A DNA stretch of 64,000 nt from NCBI RefSeq assembly GCF_036588685.1, contig NC_086383.1, positions 60,760,001-60,824,000 on the forward strand, read 5' to 3'. The stretch comes from Mytilus trossulus. Lineage: Eukaryota. Made by a program: the position numbers and the translations under genes. Positions 1 through 13,086 of this stretch are shown here, piece after piece. Positions within the stretch are counted from its first letter, which is position 1; each line of letters opens with the position of its first letter. The notes under the pieces are model-generated. The model was not told the origin of the DNA. It searched no databases and saw only the letters and a list, made by a program, of their open reading frames with translations.

Positions 1-118
1 AAAAAAAAGTATACGAGGTTCTCTTCTTGGAATCTATTATGTCGGTTGATTTATTTTGTTTATAGTTAAACGTCAAGTGGCAACTATTTCATAAAAGTGC
101 GCATTGAGTATAATTTTA

Positions 119-1240
119 GGGTACACGACAACTCGTACTTTCGGCAAGTCGTACTCAACCAACTCGTACCCTATTTTTCCCAACTCGTAACCATGTTTTA
201 TTTGATATTATTTATCTAGTTTATATGCATAGTTATTGTAACTTTCAATGTTTAACTAAATAAAATGCAATTATAATTGTTTTAAATAAGTTTATGTAAT
301 GCTAATCGTTATAATCATTAGTATTCCTTAGAATCGATTGTTTGAAATTGTTTGGACGGCAATTTATTTGATATGCACATTAAAATAATTATGACTACAC
401 AATATGCTAATCAGTGGTCATTAGTGGATAACATACCTACAAAAATAGAATGGATTTGTTAAAAGTCGAATAAACAGAGAGAAGTAAATGAAAACAAAAA
501 ATCGGTATAAGTGCGGCACTATGGACATCAAAGACCGTTGAGTTATACTTAAACAATCACCATCCTCACCGAAAAGAAAATGCATGGCTTAAACGTTGAA
601 AAAAAAACAAGTTTTGAGAAACCCATATTACTATTATTAAAAGCAACAAAGCCTTGTAAAAATGTTTTATGATAAAACTCTTACAATGTGTGTGTAAATA
701 TTAGTGATACTAGTAGTTTTTTTTTAATACATCTCTCATAATTCTGCTAAATATTGGCTTAATTTTTGTTTTAACTTTTATACTTTTACAAGCCAAATGT
801 GCTACTGTATAATTGATGTCAATACGTATATAAAAACCCAAGTCTCACAACAACGCATTACTTAGGTTAATATAAAAAATTAAACCAATACATTTTAATT
901 CTTATAGGCATTTATAAAGAGTTGTATAATCAGCTAGTACAACAGGAAGAAGAGATAAATATTTACTACTTACACGAAAAAACAAAGACATGTTCAACGC
1001 AATGTTCACTAAAAAATATCCTTTTCATATTCTATATGGATCTACCTCAGGGTGCATTGGGATACTTCAGGGAGTTAAAATATCCATATCTACGGATATA
1101 AACGTAGAAAGCTTGTATTATAATGCTAAAAAAATATAGGGTACGACTTAGTAGAAGTACGAGTTGGTAGAAGTACGAGTTTGCCGAAAGTACGAGTTGG
1201 CTGAGTACGAGTTGCCGAAAGTACGAGTTGACATGTATCC
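119..1240. mobile_element. Non-autonomous foldback/MULE-like DNA transposon with modular TIRs
   Basis: Left end GGGTACACGACAACTCGTAC... is the inverted complement of the right end ...GTACGAGTTGACATGTATCC. TIRs are built of GTACGAGTTG subrepeats. Flanked by direct repeat TAATTTTA(G) at 111-119 and 1241-1249 (8-9 bp TSD). Confidence 0.75.
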
Positions 1241-1737
1241 TAATTTTAGGACGTCCCATCTGACGAATTTGACGAGATTGTTGATAGTTTTAGAATATTC
1301 TGCGGTAAATAGAATAGTAAATCCAATGCAAACAAGTTGAATAACAATGAAATATCCTGTCCATGCAAGTATAAATTTATGCATAAAGTAAAATTTAGGA
1401 AGGGACAGGTAAACAACGGGGAACGAAGTAACGTAGACAATGTTGCCGATATCCCGTGATATAAGAATATTGTTCCGATGCGTTGGATAACCTTTCTATC
1501 CGCCTTCTAATAAAAAAAAAACTCTGTGTGATAGTATAGCCATTTTTTATTTATATAAGAATACATGTATATCAAATAAAAGAGAGCATTTGTCATTGTT
1601 TGTATGATATCTCACTAGTAGAGTCTAGCGAGTAAATAATAAATGATATCTGTGGAAAAAACAATGCGAATGTTGTTTACATATTTTAATGAAAGCTCAA
1701 GTCTGATATGAAAACTCTTAAAACGATAATCTGTCAT

Positions 1738-2025
1738 AAGCAGACCTGTCCTCAGGTCTGGTCAATAGCAGACTTGTCCACAGGTCTGGTCAAAAGCAGA
1801 CCTGTCCTCAGGTCTGGTCAGGAGCAGACCTGTTCACAGGTCTGGTCTGAGGCAGACCTGTCCTCAGGACTGGTCAAAAGCAGACTTGTCCACAGGTCTG
1901 GTCTGGGGCAGACCTGTCCTCAGGACTGGTCAAAAGCAGACTTGTCCACAGGTCTGGTCTGGAGCAGACTTGTCGATAGGTCTGCAGCAGTCCTAAAAAA
2001 GCAGACCGTAGGTCTGGTCCACCAA
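1738..2025. repeat. ~28-29-bp tandem repeat with internal palindrome (GCAGACCTGTCCTCAGGTCTGGTCAAAA), about 10 copies
   Basis: Directly visible periodicity. ORF 1708-2037 is only its translation. Confidence 0.85.
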
Positions 2026-2659
2026 AGACGAAGTTAACTTGCTTGACTGCTTAAAAATTCTCAAGTTAACTTAGAAAGCAGTCAACAAGTTAACTCTAAG
2101 TTAACCTTTGTCAAGGTTAGGACCGCACCCATCTGTATCTTTCAATACAATGTTTTACATACATTTTCACATCTAAAATTACTAGGCTGCATTTAACAAA
2201 CCTTATCTAAAATCATGTCTTTTTTTAATTATAATTAGGTTATCTAGTTTTAAAAAGTTTACTCTGACCCCGCTTGTCAACCAAAATGGCCGTCATGGCT
2301 AAGAAATAAATAAGGGGGGGGGGGGGCATGCAAGTGAATGATGTCAATTATTTAAAAACAGCCGGTGACATAGAAAATTCGAAAAGGGCCAGATGATTAT
2401 CTTCAAAATGTAGAGCTCTACCATTTGTCCATTTACTATCAAATTCTCACATAAGTTCTTAAAGAGTTATTGCATGGCCCTTAAATTACGAATTTGAAGT
2501 TCTTTTTATCAATTTCGATCTATTATTTTCAAACATATAAAAGTCATATAGCAAACACAAACATGACTTAGGAAGTCACGATATACAAATAAATCGACTT
2601 AGCCAATATCCTTATAAAACTGATTGACCTTTAATTAAGAGTTTTTTTTCCAATTCACT

Positions 2660-3125
2660 GCGTTTTACACGCCCGTCACAATTTTAACAGGACGTATGAT
2701 TGTATACACCCGTCCGTCCATCTGTCCTTCCTTCCACCCGTCTGTTCCTCAATCTATCAGTCATTCTGTCCGTCCGTCCGTCTATTTATCATTATCCAGT
2801 TTTTATGAAACTTAACAAATTTATTGCTTGTAATGGTCAAACAATCTGTAAACCTTTTAGTGAAAATCAAATTAAATCTTTTTGAGTTACAGGACTTAGT
2901 AAGTAAAACAGGAGTGTGGTTTTTTTTAACATGTCGCGCCATATCTCATAAACGATTTATCATTATTGCATCAAACTTTACACACTTCTTAGTAATATAA
3001 ATCTTAACTTCTGCATACTTTTTGGTGATGTTTTAAATTTTGTTTATTTAGCGTAATTTAGGGGTTTTTTTTGTAAAAAAAGGGGGGGGGGGTCACATAT
3101 TGCAATGTATCTCACAACCTATATA
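2660..3125 (+). mobile_element. Helentron/HINE-like non-autonomous element fragment
   Basis: T-run start, short subterminal motif, (CCGT)n/(CTGT)n microsatellite, then repeated ATATCTCA(T/C)AA modules; layout typical of molluscan HINE/Pearl-like elements. Boundaries approximate. Confidence 0.45.
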
Positions 3126-3477
3126 AAAAAATATCATAATGATAAATAAATTAGATATTAGTGTTTGATATTGAGTATTTATATTCTATTTAAAATTAGT
3201 TTGAAGATCAGTGAAATACCGATACGCCTTTCATTAGGAAAATGTGTATTACTATAATTACCTACGCCCAAAAGGACCCGTTTAAAATAAATTTAAACAC
3301 GCCAAGTTTACTTTACAATACAAATATATTTTAATCCTTTCAAAAGACAATGTTCACATTCGTGTTAACGTTGCTTTTCATAAATTGTTGGTTTTAAAAA
3401 AAAAATATAAAAAACCGGGTGATAAATACATTGGAAAGACGAAACCGGGTGATTGTGTAGTAAACAACAATGACAAA

Positions 3478-3885
3478 ACAGGTGTATTTTAAACATATAT
3501 ATCATGTCAAGGAGGGGTATTTGCGAAAGCTACCAGTCGAGAGAATGTTAAATTTCGCGAGCCGTAAGGCGAGGGAAATTCATGCTCAAGACTGGTATTT
3601 TTCGCAAATTCCCCTCAAGAACATGATATATCTGTTTAATTACACCGAATGTTAATGTTAAAAAAGCATTGATGATCGTGACGTTACAAGCGTCCAGTCG
3701 GATAGAGTATTTTTTGGCAAATACATGTACCATGGTAGAGAGGATAAAAAAAGGAATATTTTTGGCAAATACACCGGCGGCGTTAAAAAATGAACGATAT
3801 TCATTTAATAACAGTAAATTGGTGAACAATACACTGGTTATCGACCAATCAAAATCCAGGATTCTTTCATAAGGTGTAATTATAA
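3478..3885. repeat. Interspersed repeat; partial second copy at ~22589-22770
   Basis: GTCGGATAGAGTATTTTTTGGCAAATAC...AAAATCCA(G/A)GATTCT is shared with 22589-22765. Confidence 0.6.
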
Positions 3886-5029
3886 TTTTTGACATGACCC
3901 ATTTCTTTCGTTCCATACACAGAAATACAAGTATTGAGATGCTCAAAATGACTAGTTTTGCAATCTCTGTGTCAGTATCTATCTTCACATATTTTGAGTG
4001 ACGTACGCATTTTAATTTTACTTAAAAAGCACAAAAATGTGAGTGATTTTCTTTAAAAAGTAGATCCATGGTTGCTATGGGAACCGAATGGTTGCTTAAT
4101 TTAACTCAAATATACTTATCAATACATTAAGTTCACTTTAGTTACATTTTGATAATTTTAAAGACTAAAAAGAAACCAAACACACAACGATATGTCAACT
4201 TGCAAGGAGAACTAAATTAGATAAACCTTAGAAATATTTCAAAGTGGTTATTTAAAAAAAAAAAAGTGCATCTCACAAAAATGACCATAATTCTTTTAAT
4301 TTTGATAATTCGACGAAAAACTCTTTCTGGGTGTTTTGTATCTATGTGTACTTCATAAAAATGCAAAAAACTCATTTTGGTTCTAATACCTCCATAAGCC
4401 TGAAAATCTCATGGCTGGTCACATATATGTTCCAGACCGTATGAGTATTTGGACCGTACGCGTTGACCATACATGTTACTAGATCATATGGGTTAAATTG
4501 AAACAATCTTTATTTTTAGTTTTACAAATTGTTATTGATAATTTATTACAATTAGATAGATAAAATGAACAAACGAACAATTGAAATTAAATATTTGTTG
4601 AATTGTATATCTGAATCCTATTTTGGTATGTTCGGCCAAGGTGACACAGTTCAAGTAACGTAATATTTTTAGCATTTTTATGTATGCAGTTCATGCATGT
4701 TCTTTTGCATTTTCATTTTATGGTAAAGTTGCTAAATATTCTAAAACAAGTGAACTTCCACTTTATGTTTACTTCCGTTATCTTCAATTTCAGCGTTCTT
4801 AATGCAATTAATGTATTACTGATCGACATGCTTAATACAAAAGATGAACAAATCTGATTAGCGTGAATTAAAAAAAAGTTAAAATATAAAGTTTTTTGTT
4901 TCAATTACAATAGAACTTTTTTATATCAATTTGATAGTTAAGTTATGTTGATCTGCTATATGCCTTTGTATCTAATAAACTTGACAAACTGTTTAATATA
5001 AGTTAGACCGTACGCGTACTGAGGTATAA

Positions 5030-8000
5030 GGTATATCTATATTTATGGGATAACGAGTCGCAGCAGTCCATTATTCCATTATTCCAAATTAGCTATTTCT
5101 TAATGTTCAAGCGTATTTCGATATTTTGGTCCTTCGTTACTCCTCTTATATGCGATGCTGAACATATTGACTAAATATCTTTTGTTCCTCTATTGATAAG
5201 CTTGCGAATGAGGTATACAGTATATCTGTAGTTAAGAGGTGAAGGGTTGAAGCAGTCCATTCCATTATTCTAAATTAGCTATTTCTTAAATTTCACGCGT
5301 ATTTCGATATTTAGTTCCTTCGTTAATCCTCTAATGTGCGTTGCAGAATATGTTGACTATATACTTTTTGTTCCTCTTAGTACTATGAGCGTTCGAAGGA
5401 GGTAGAAGGTATATCTAAATATAGGGGATAAAAAGTCGCAGCAGTCCATCTTAATCATTGAAAATATCCATTCCATTATTCAAAATAAACTATTTCTTAA
5501 ATTTCACGCGTATTTCGATATTTAGGTCCTTCGTTAATCCTCTAATGTGCGTTGCGGAACATATTGATTATATACCTTTTGTTCATCTCGGTATACGCTT
5601 TATGATAAGATGCATAAGATATGAGGCATATCTATAAATAGGGGCTAAAGAGTCGCAGCAGTCCATTCTTTTATTTAAATACCCATTTCAGTATTCAAAA
5701 TTGGCTATTTCTTAATTTTCACGCGTATTTTGGCATTTAGGTCCTTCTAACCCATCTAATGGTCATTGCGGCACATATGGTTTATACTCAGTTTGTTCCT
5801 CTAACAATCAGCTTTAATATGGTGTATACATTTTGCCTGGATTGCGGATTGAAGGGTTGATGCATTTCTTTCCATTATTCAAAATTAGTTATTTCTTAAT
5901 GTTAAAGCGTATTTCGATATTTAGGTTCTTCGTTACTCCTCTAATATGCATTACAGAATATGTTGACTATATACTTTTTGTTCCTCTTAGTACTATAGAC
6001 GTTCAAAGGTGGAAGAAGCTATATCTATATATAGGGGATAAAGAGTCGCAGCAGTTCATCTTATTATTGAAAATATCCATTTCATTATTCGAAATTGGCT
6101 ATTTCTTAATTTCCACGCGTATTTTGGCATTGATGTCCTCCTTAACACCTCTAGTGGTCATTGCGACACATATCGTTAATACTCAGTTTGTTCCTCTTTC
6201 AATAAGCTTTAATTTGTTGTATAATTCTTGACTTAATAAGGAGCTGACGGGTTGAAACAATCCATTCCATTATTCAAAATGAGCTATTTCTTAATGTTAA
6301 AGCGTATTTCGATATTTAGGTCCTTCGTTACTCTTTTTATATGCGTTGCGGAACATCATACATGTAGACTATATACCTTTCGTTCCTCTCATTATAAGCT
6401 TTCGAATTCGGTATACGATTTATCTATAGACAGGGGCTAAAGAGTTGCAGCAGTCCATTCAATTATTCAAAATATCCATTTCATTATTCAAAATTTATTA
6501 TTTCTTAAATTTCACCGTATTTTGATATTTATGTCCTTCGTTAGTCCTCTAATGTGCGTTGCGGAACATGTTGATTATATACCTTTTGTTCATTCGGTAT
6601 AAGCTATCGCATAAGATATGCGGCATATATATAAATAGGGGCTAAAGAGTCGCAGCAGTCCATTCTTTTATTTAAATACCCATTTCAGTATTCAAAATTG
6701 GCTATTTCTTAATTTTCACGCGTATTTTGGCATTTAGGTCCTTTTAACCCTTCTAATGGTCATTGCGGCACATATGGTTTATACTCAGTTTGTTCCTTTA
6801 AAAATCAGCTTTAATATGGTGTATACATTTTGCCTTGATTGCGGACTGAAGGGTTGATGCCGTCCATTTCATTATTCAAAATGAGTTATTTCTTAATGTT
6901 AAAACGTATTTCGATATTTAGATTCTTCGTTACTCCTTTAATATGCGTTGCAGAATATGTTGACTATATACTTTTTGTTCCTCTTAGTACTATAAGCGTT
7001 CGAAGGAGGTAGAAGGTATATCTATATATAGGGGATAAAGAGTCGTAGCAGTCCATCTTATTATTGAAAATATCCATTTCATTATTCGAAATTGTCTATT
7101 TCTGAATTTTCACGCGAATTTTGGTATTGATGTCCTCCTTAAGACCTCTAGTGGTCATTGCGGCACATATTGTTTATACTTAGTTTGTTCCTCTATCAAT
7201 AAACTTTAATTTGGTGTATAAATCTAGACTTGATAAGGAGCTGACGGGTTGAAGAAATCCATTCCATTATTCAAAATGAGCTATTTCTTAATGTTAAGGG
7301 TGCAATCAACAGTTTTTTTACATGCCGTAAAATATTTTTCAGAATTATTTGACTCCATTCGCATGCACATTTCTATGCTAAAACATCACTATAATATATA
7401 TTTGTCCCTTTAAGGGTGCAATCAACAGTTTTTTCTATGACGTCACATTTTGAGGGACCATGCATGGGTGACCCTTAGTGGTGGACTGATTAATAAAGAT
7501 ACTTGTATAAAACTAGATATCACTGGAATCAGAATCTTCTCTAGTTTATAATGAAATAAAAATAATGTGTACTTTTAATATATTAAAAACATTCCATCCA
7601 ATGAACATAGGGGGAAAAAGATCTAATTTTGACAGAAAAAAACTTGAAACCAGGTCATGTGCACAGCCATGAAGAAATGATCCATGCACATTTTTCATTA
7701 TCAAAACTGTATGAAATTTGTAGGGTTTTACCTGGCCTTTAAAACAAATCTTGTTTCAGGGTACGGTTTCCTGCTCCGAAAAGAGCTACAGTGGCTGCGA
7801 ATAAGTTTTCAATTTTCACTGCCAAAAAAAACCAGGATGTTTACAAAGTTGTCTCCCCTCAAAACATGTAAAGTTAATATAATTTTTTAAATTATTTCAA
7901 TCATTCAACCTGTTTTAATTGAAAGCTTATTAACTATTTTTTACAATCAAACACAAAAAACATGATACTTTTGCACCAATTGAGTTCATAAACAGGGGTT

Positions 8001-10170
8001 TCCCTCCATGGTTATTTTTAGTCGGGGAATAACCCCTAGTTTTTTTTATACGAAACTGTTTATAACACCCTTAAGGCAAAACTTTATATTCAATATATTA
8101 ATTTTTTTTAGCTTTTCTGAATCTGTACACTATACCGATTAAAATGATGTCTTACTTTAAGGATTGTGAACACGAATAGTGAAAATACAGCTCTTTTCTC
8201 ATGTCGCGTAGTACTGGCATATTGGCCAGTGGCAAACAGTTTAAGCAGCAAATTCCAAACATTTCCTGTATCTCCTTTTCATCAGTTTTACAAAGAAAAT
8301 AATTCATAAAATAGGGTTTCTTTTGAATAAATAGAATAAAAACTATGAAATAAGCATGAATAAAGTTACTTGAAATATATTTTGTCCCTAGTATTATGTA
8401 AACTAAGTTATAGCTGAGTTGAGAAAAATATGGAAATAGTGTTTTTCTTAGGAATGGCACATGTACCTTTATGACTATAAAAAGTACCAAATATATAATA
8501 TAATGAATTAAAATTTATGTCACACTGATCAGTAGTAAAGGTCAAAGTAGAAAAAATCTACACTTTGCATGTGCAACCTTTGGTTCCAAATATATGAGAG
8601 ATTAAATAAAATATCATGACGTCGCAAAAAGATGCAAAAAACTTCAATTTTCGCGCAGAGTCTGGTTTTCTTATTTCTGGTTGCTATGTACAAATCTGTA
8701 ATATTTGCATTAAATATACCAAACTGATGCTTTTAAATTAAAGTATACATGCCGTAAAATATTTTTCAGAATTATTTTACTCCATTCGCATGCACATTTC
8801 TATGCTAAAACATCACTATAATATATATTTGTCCCTTTAAGGGTGCAATCAACAGTTTTTTCTATGACGTCACATTTTGAGGGACCATGCATGAGCGACC
8901 CTTAGTGGTGGACTGATTAATAAAGATACTTGTATAAAACTAGATATCACTGGAATCAGAATCTTCTCTAGTTTATAATGAAATAAAAATAATGTGTACT
9001 TTTAATATATTAAAAATATTCCATCCAATGAACATGGGGGAAAAAAGATCTAATTTTGACAGAAAAAAACTTGAAACCAGGTCATGTGCACAGCCATGAA
9101 GACATGATCCATGCACATTTTTCATTATCAAAACTGTATGAAATTTGTAGGGTTTTACCTGGCCTTTAAAACAAATCTTGTTTCAGGGTACGGTTTCCTG
9201 CTCCGAAAAGAGCTACAGTGGCTGCGAATAAGTTTTCAATTTTCACTGCCAAAAAAACAGGATGTTTACAAAGTTGTCTCCCCTCAAAGCATGTAAAGTT
9301 AATATAATTTTTTAAATTATTTCAATCATTCAACCTGTTTTAATTGAAAGCTTATTAACTATTTTTTACAATCAAACACAAAAAACATGACACTTTTGCA
9401 CCAATTGAGTTAATAAACAGGGGTTTCCCTCCATGGTTATTTTTAGTCGGGGAATAACCCCTAGTTTTTTTATACGAAACTGTTTATAGCACCCTAAAGC
9501 GTATTTCGATATTTAGGTCCTTCATAACTCTTTTTATATGCGTTGCGGAACATGTAGACTATATACCTTTTGTTCCTCTCATTATAAGCTTTCGAATTCG
9601 GTATACGATTTATCTATAGATAGAGGCTAAAGAGTCGCAGCAGTCCATTACATTATTCAAAATATCCATTTCATTATTCAAAATTTACTATTTCTTAATT
9701 TTCACGCGTATTTTGGCATTTAGGTTCTCTATAACCCCTCTAATTGTCATTGCGGTTTATATCGTTTATACTCAGTTTTTTCCTCTATCAATAAGCTTTG
9801 ATTTGGTGTATAAATTTTGCCATGATCAGGGACTGAAGGGTAAAAGTAGTCCATTCCATTATTCAAAATTGGCTATTTCTTAATGTTAAAGCGTATTTCG
9901 ATATTTAGGTTCTTCGTTACTCCTCTAATATGCGTTGGGGAACATGTTGACTAAATACCTTGTGTACCTCCCGTTACAAGCTTACAAATGAGGTTGAAGG
10001 TAAATATATATATAGGGGCTAAAGAGTCGAAGCAGTGTGTTCCATTATTCCAAATATCCATTTCATTATTCAAAATTAGCTATTTCTTAAATTTCACGCG
10101 TATTTTGGCATTTAGGTCCTTCGTAACTCCTCTAATGGTCATTGCGGCAAAATCGACTTGTTATATCTCT
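5030..10170. repeat. Satellite array of ~180/200-bp degenerate monomers with ~1-kb higher-order repeat, interrupted at 7298-9494
   Basis: Recurring CCATTATTCAAAATTAGCTATTTCTTAA...CGTATTTCGATATTTAGGTCCTTCGTTA. Near-identical blocks ~997 bp apart (5641 vs ~6638; 6241 vs ~7238). Confidence 0.9.
7298..9494. mobile_element. Composite PIF/Harbinger-type MITE insertion: two ~655-bp MITE copies (7414-8070, 8841-9494) plus spacer
   Basis: Satellite monomer AATGTTAAAGCGTATTTCG is split as AATGT-TAA[GGGTGCAATCAACAG...CTGTTTATAGCACCC]TAA-AGCGTATTTCG, giving a 3-bp TAA TSD and GGGTG TIRs. The two internal copies are near-identical. Confidence 0.85.
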
Positions 10171-10739
10171 AATTAAAGGATGAAGAATAGCAAATGCCAC
10201 GTGAAAATTAAAATAAAAGACCTTGTAGAGTATTTTAATTTTGATATTTATGTTTTGGTATTTAGGTCGTCCATAAATTTAACTAAGGAATTTCTGTTAA
10301 AAATAGTTAGGGAAAGCCACTAGTTTATCCTCTGAAACTAGGAACTAGATAAATAAATCAAATTAAACGTTAAGAGTGTTTTTATTTACTTTTTATGATA
10401 TTTATTTGAATATTTGTTAGATAACATTAAAAAGACGAATTTAGAAATACGGGATATAACTATAGTGTCACGATCAATCTTTTAAATTTTTATTTCACTA
10501 TTCACCGCTTCAACTTGAAAAATGAAACATAAATTTCTTTATTCAATATTCATCACAAAACATTGAATAATGAATTGCGAACTATTTCTTTATTCATTAT
10601 TGAATTTTGAATAATAAAAAATGAATAATGGACGTACTTCAGCGAGGTCCTTTTACAGAAATGAGACAACTATACCATATATGCAACACAGCCTCCTGAA
10701 CAAATGTCTATTTACATCCTCCATTACAATTTATTTCAG

Positions 10740-10840
10740 AACTGCTTTAATAGCTGGTATTGTGGCGTTAGTATTTGTTCCAATTTTTATTTATGTTTGG
10801 AGAAAAAAGAGAAAGAAAGAAAAAAGAAAAGGAAAACAAG
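10740..10840 (+). CDS. Exon encoding the transmembrane helix and basic stop-transfer patch of the GVIN-like gene (phase 2 in, phase 1 out)
   Basis: Acceptor ttatttcag, donor G|gtattt. Translates xTALIAGIVALVFVPIFIYVWRKKRKKEKRKGKQ. Phase-compatible with the downstream exon chain. Confidence 0.75.
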
Positions 10841-11059
10841 GTATTTTATTTGACACAAACATTACATGTAAAATGGAAAGTGCAGTTCAGTTCATGAAAT
10901 TAGAAAAAAGGAATTCGGATACATTATTTAAAGATAATTATCAAGCAAAGAAAAGATGCATATTATCTAACTTGTACAAAACAATTACGTGTGACAATTT
11001 CTATAAATTGCTTTCTATAAAATCAGAGCAAAACATATATTAACCAGAAACTTGGGCTT

Positions 11060-12010
11060 GTAATTTGAAAAATTGGACAAACCTCAAGAGGTTGGCACAT
11101 TGTATGACTTCCAGAGAAAGAAAACAGGGTGTCACGGGTTATGGCTATACAGGTATTTTTAAAGGGTATAAAGGCGTAGTTTGCATAATGTTTTGAGAGC
11201 CGATGTGTTCCATAATCTATAACTAGGGCTGTAAATTTGTCAAATTGGACTAACACAGTCTGTTGCCTATTCGGGGACTTCCAGAAAAATAATAATATGA
11301 AGTATTGGGATTTAGGGGGGGGGGTAGTCATTGGATATGGCTATATAGGTATTTTTAAGGATATGCATGTATTGGAGCCCTGTTTGTGCGCGGTATCGAG
11401 AGGCGCTATATTATAAAAACTTTAAAAAAAGCAAAAAAAATGAAAAAAAAATGAAAAAGAAGGGGTGTGGCCCTATTCCAGAAGTAATGTAAAGGAGGGA
11501 AGGAATCGTCATGGCTTAATAAGACAAAAATACGAAGGGGGTTGCCAATTCAATGACTTCTAGAGAAGTTTCAGTGGAGATATAGGCGCAGCGTTTGCGC
11601 TAGGTATCGAGAGGCGCGTTTTAAAAAAAATCTGAAACTAGGTCTTGAAATTTGAAAATGGTTATGGGTCTAGTCAAAGATTTCTGGAGTTTACATAAGG
11701 GAGGGGGCCACGGGTATGGCATTATACATGTAGGTATTGTATAGGAGATATAGCGGCACTGTTTGCGTAAGGTATTGAGAGTCGCTTTGTTTTTAAATTT
11801 GAAATCAGGGCTCGAAATTTGAAAAATGGACACAAAGGAAGATGTCTATTATAGGACTTTTGTAGAAACATAATGGGAGGTGAAACAAGGAACGGCTACA
11901 TATGTATAGTTGCAGTAATATAGGTGCACCGTTTGCGCAAGTAATCAACAGGCGATATGTTTCAAAATCTGAAGCTAGGGCTCAAAATTTGAAGAATTGA
12001 TTAAAAACCA
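11060..12010. repeat. Degenerate repeats (TTTGCGCxAGGTATCGAGAGGCGC...GGGCTCGAAATTTGAAAA)
   Basis: The motif recurs at ~11383, 11594, 11762 and 11932. Boundaries approximate. Confidence 0.5.
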
Positions 12011-12879
12011 GATGGATTGTCTTTTCCAAACCTTCTTAAGAAAAACATATTAGGGAATGTCACAGTATATCTGGCCTTCAGTTTTTAGTATGATTAAATT
12101 ATTGCCGTTCATGTTTTGGTCTTCGAACAAACTACCCATTGTTATTTTTCTATCTCGATTGAATTCAACTGAGTTTACCATGTTTTATTTATTCATAGTA
12201 GCAACGAAAACACCACGTCAAATATGTCAACATATATAGCAAAGTGCCAACATACCAACTTTCCTTTTTGTATTTCAACTGTGTTAAGATGTGGTATGAC
12301 TGCCAATGTGACAACTCCCCATCTAAGTCCATAACATTCAAAATACACCTTCGTTGGCTCGTCTTCAAATTGACACGTCCAATATATCTTTAGATCCGTT
12401 CTTGGTTCGTTTGGATCGAATACCTCAGATAATTTTAACCTCGCCCGAGTTCCATGTTTGACATGGGGTGTGTTGGACAGAAAATATTTTGCACCTGTTT
12501 ATTATTAATATAATATTTGAATCTAAGAATGCCCGTGAGCCAGAGTACTGCCACCGTAGGTTAGGACAAGGCGCTAGGATTATCATCATCGGCAGAAATT
12601 GCTTCCCGGAGAAACTCAAATCAATAATCACTCTATATGCCTTATCTTGTTATGGTCTAAAATTATCTTCCTTATACACTCTTTTATGATGTATCATATT
12701 ATGATGAATATGCTGAAGAAAATAAACTGTTGAAAATAATACAAAATTGACCCTCAATCAACCTGAAAGTTCAAACACAACTTTAGGTTGTAACTAGTCA
12801 GATCCTTTAGAAATACGTTATTGTTTTCCTTTTTAAAAATGTCCTGTACCAAGTCAGGAATATGGCCATTGTTATATTA

Positions 12880-13086
12880 CTGTGGATTCATTAATTTTCG
12901 TGGGTACCAATTTTCGTGGATTACGGAAAACCTATTTGTTCGTGGATATTTATTTCGTAGTTTTGCAGAAGTCTGCATACAAGTCTATAGAAAAATTGTT
13001 TGTTGTTGAACATTTAATTTCGTTGTTCACCTGTTCCCGTGAAATCCACGAAAATTGGTATCCAACGAATAATAATGAATCCACAG
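12880..13086. mobile_element. Tc1/mariner-type MITE (TA TSD) nested in an interspersed repeat (~12835-13420, related to ~44140-44400)
   Basis: TA|CTGTGGATTCATTAATTTTCG...CGAATAATAATGAATCCACAG|TA inverted termini. Confidence 0.8.

Noticed and set aside
5833-6440. Hydrophobic ORFs in the satellite as membrane or LRR proteins
   Set aside because: Incidental translations of AT-rich satellite monomers; frames are not conserved between copies.
1-10739. Upstream (ectodomain) exons of the TM-GVIN gene
   Set aside because: No convincing phase-compatible exon was found among the repeats; probably outside the window or too small to identify by eye.
10621-11043. 140-aa ORF as a stand-alone small membrane protein
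   Set aside because: Only 10740-10840 looks coding and it is bounded by good splice sites; the rest is intron read-through.
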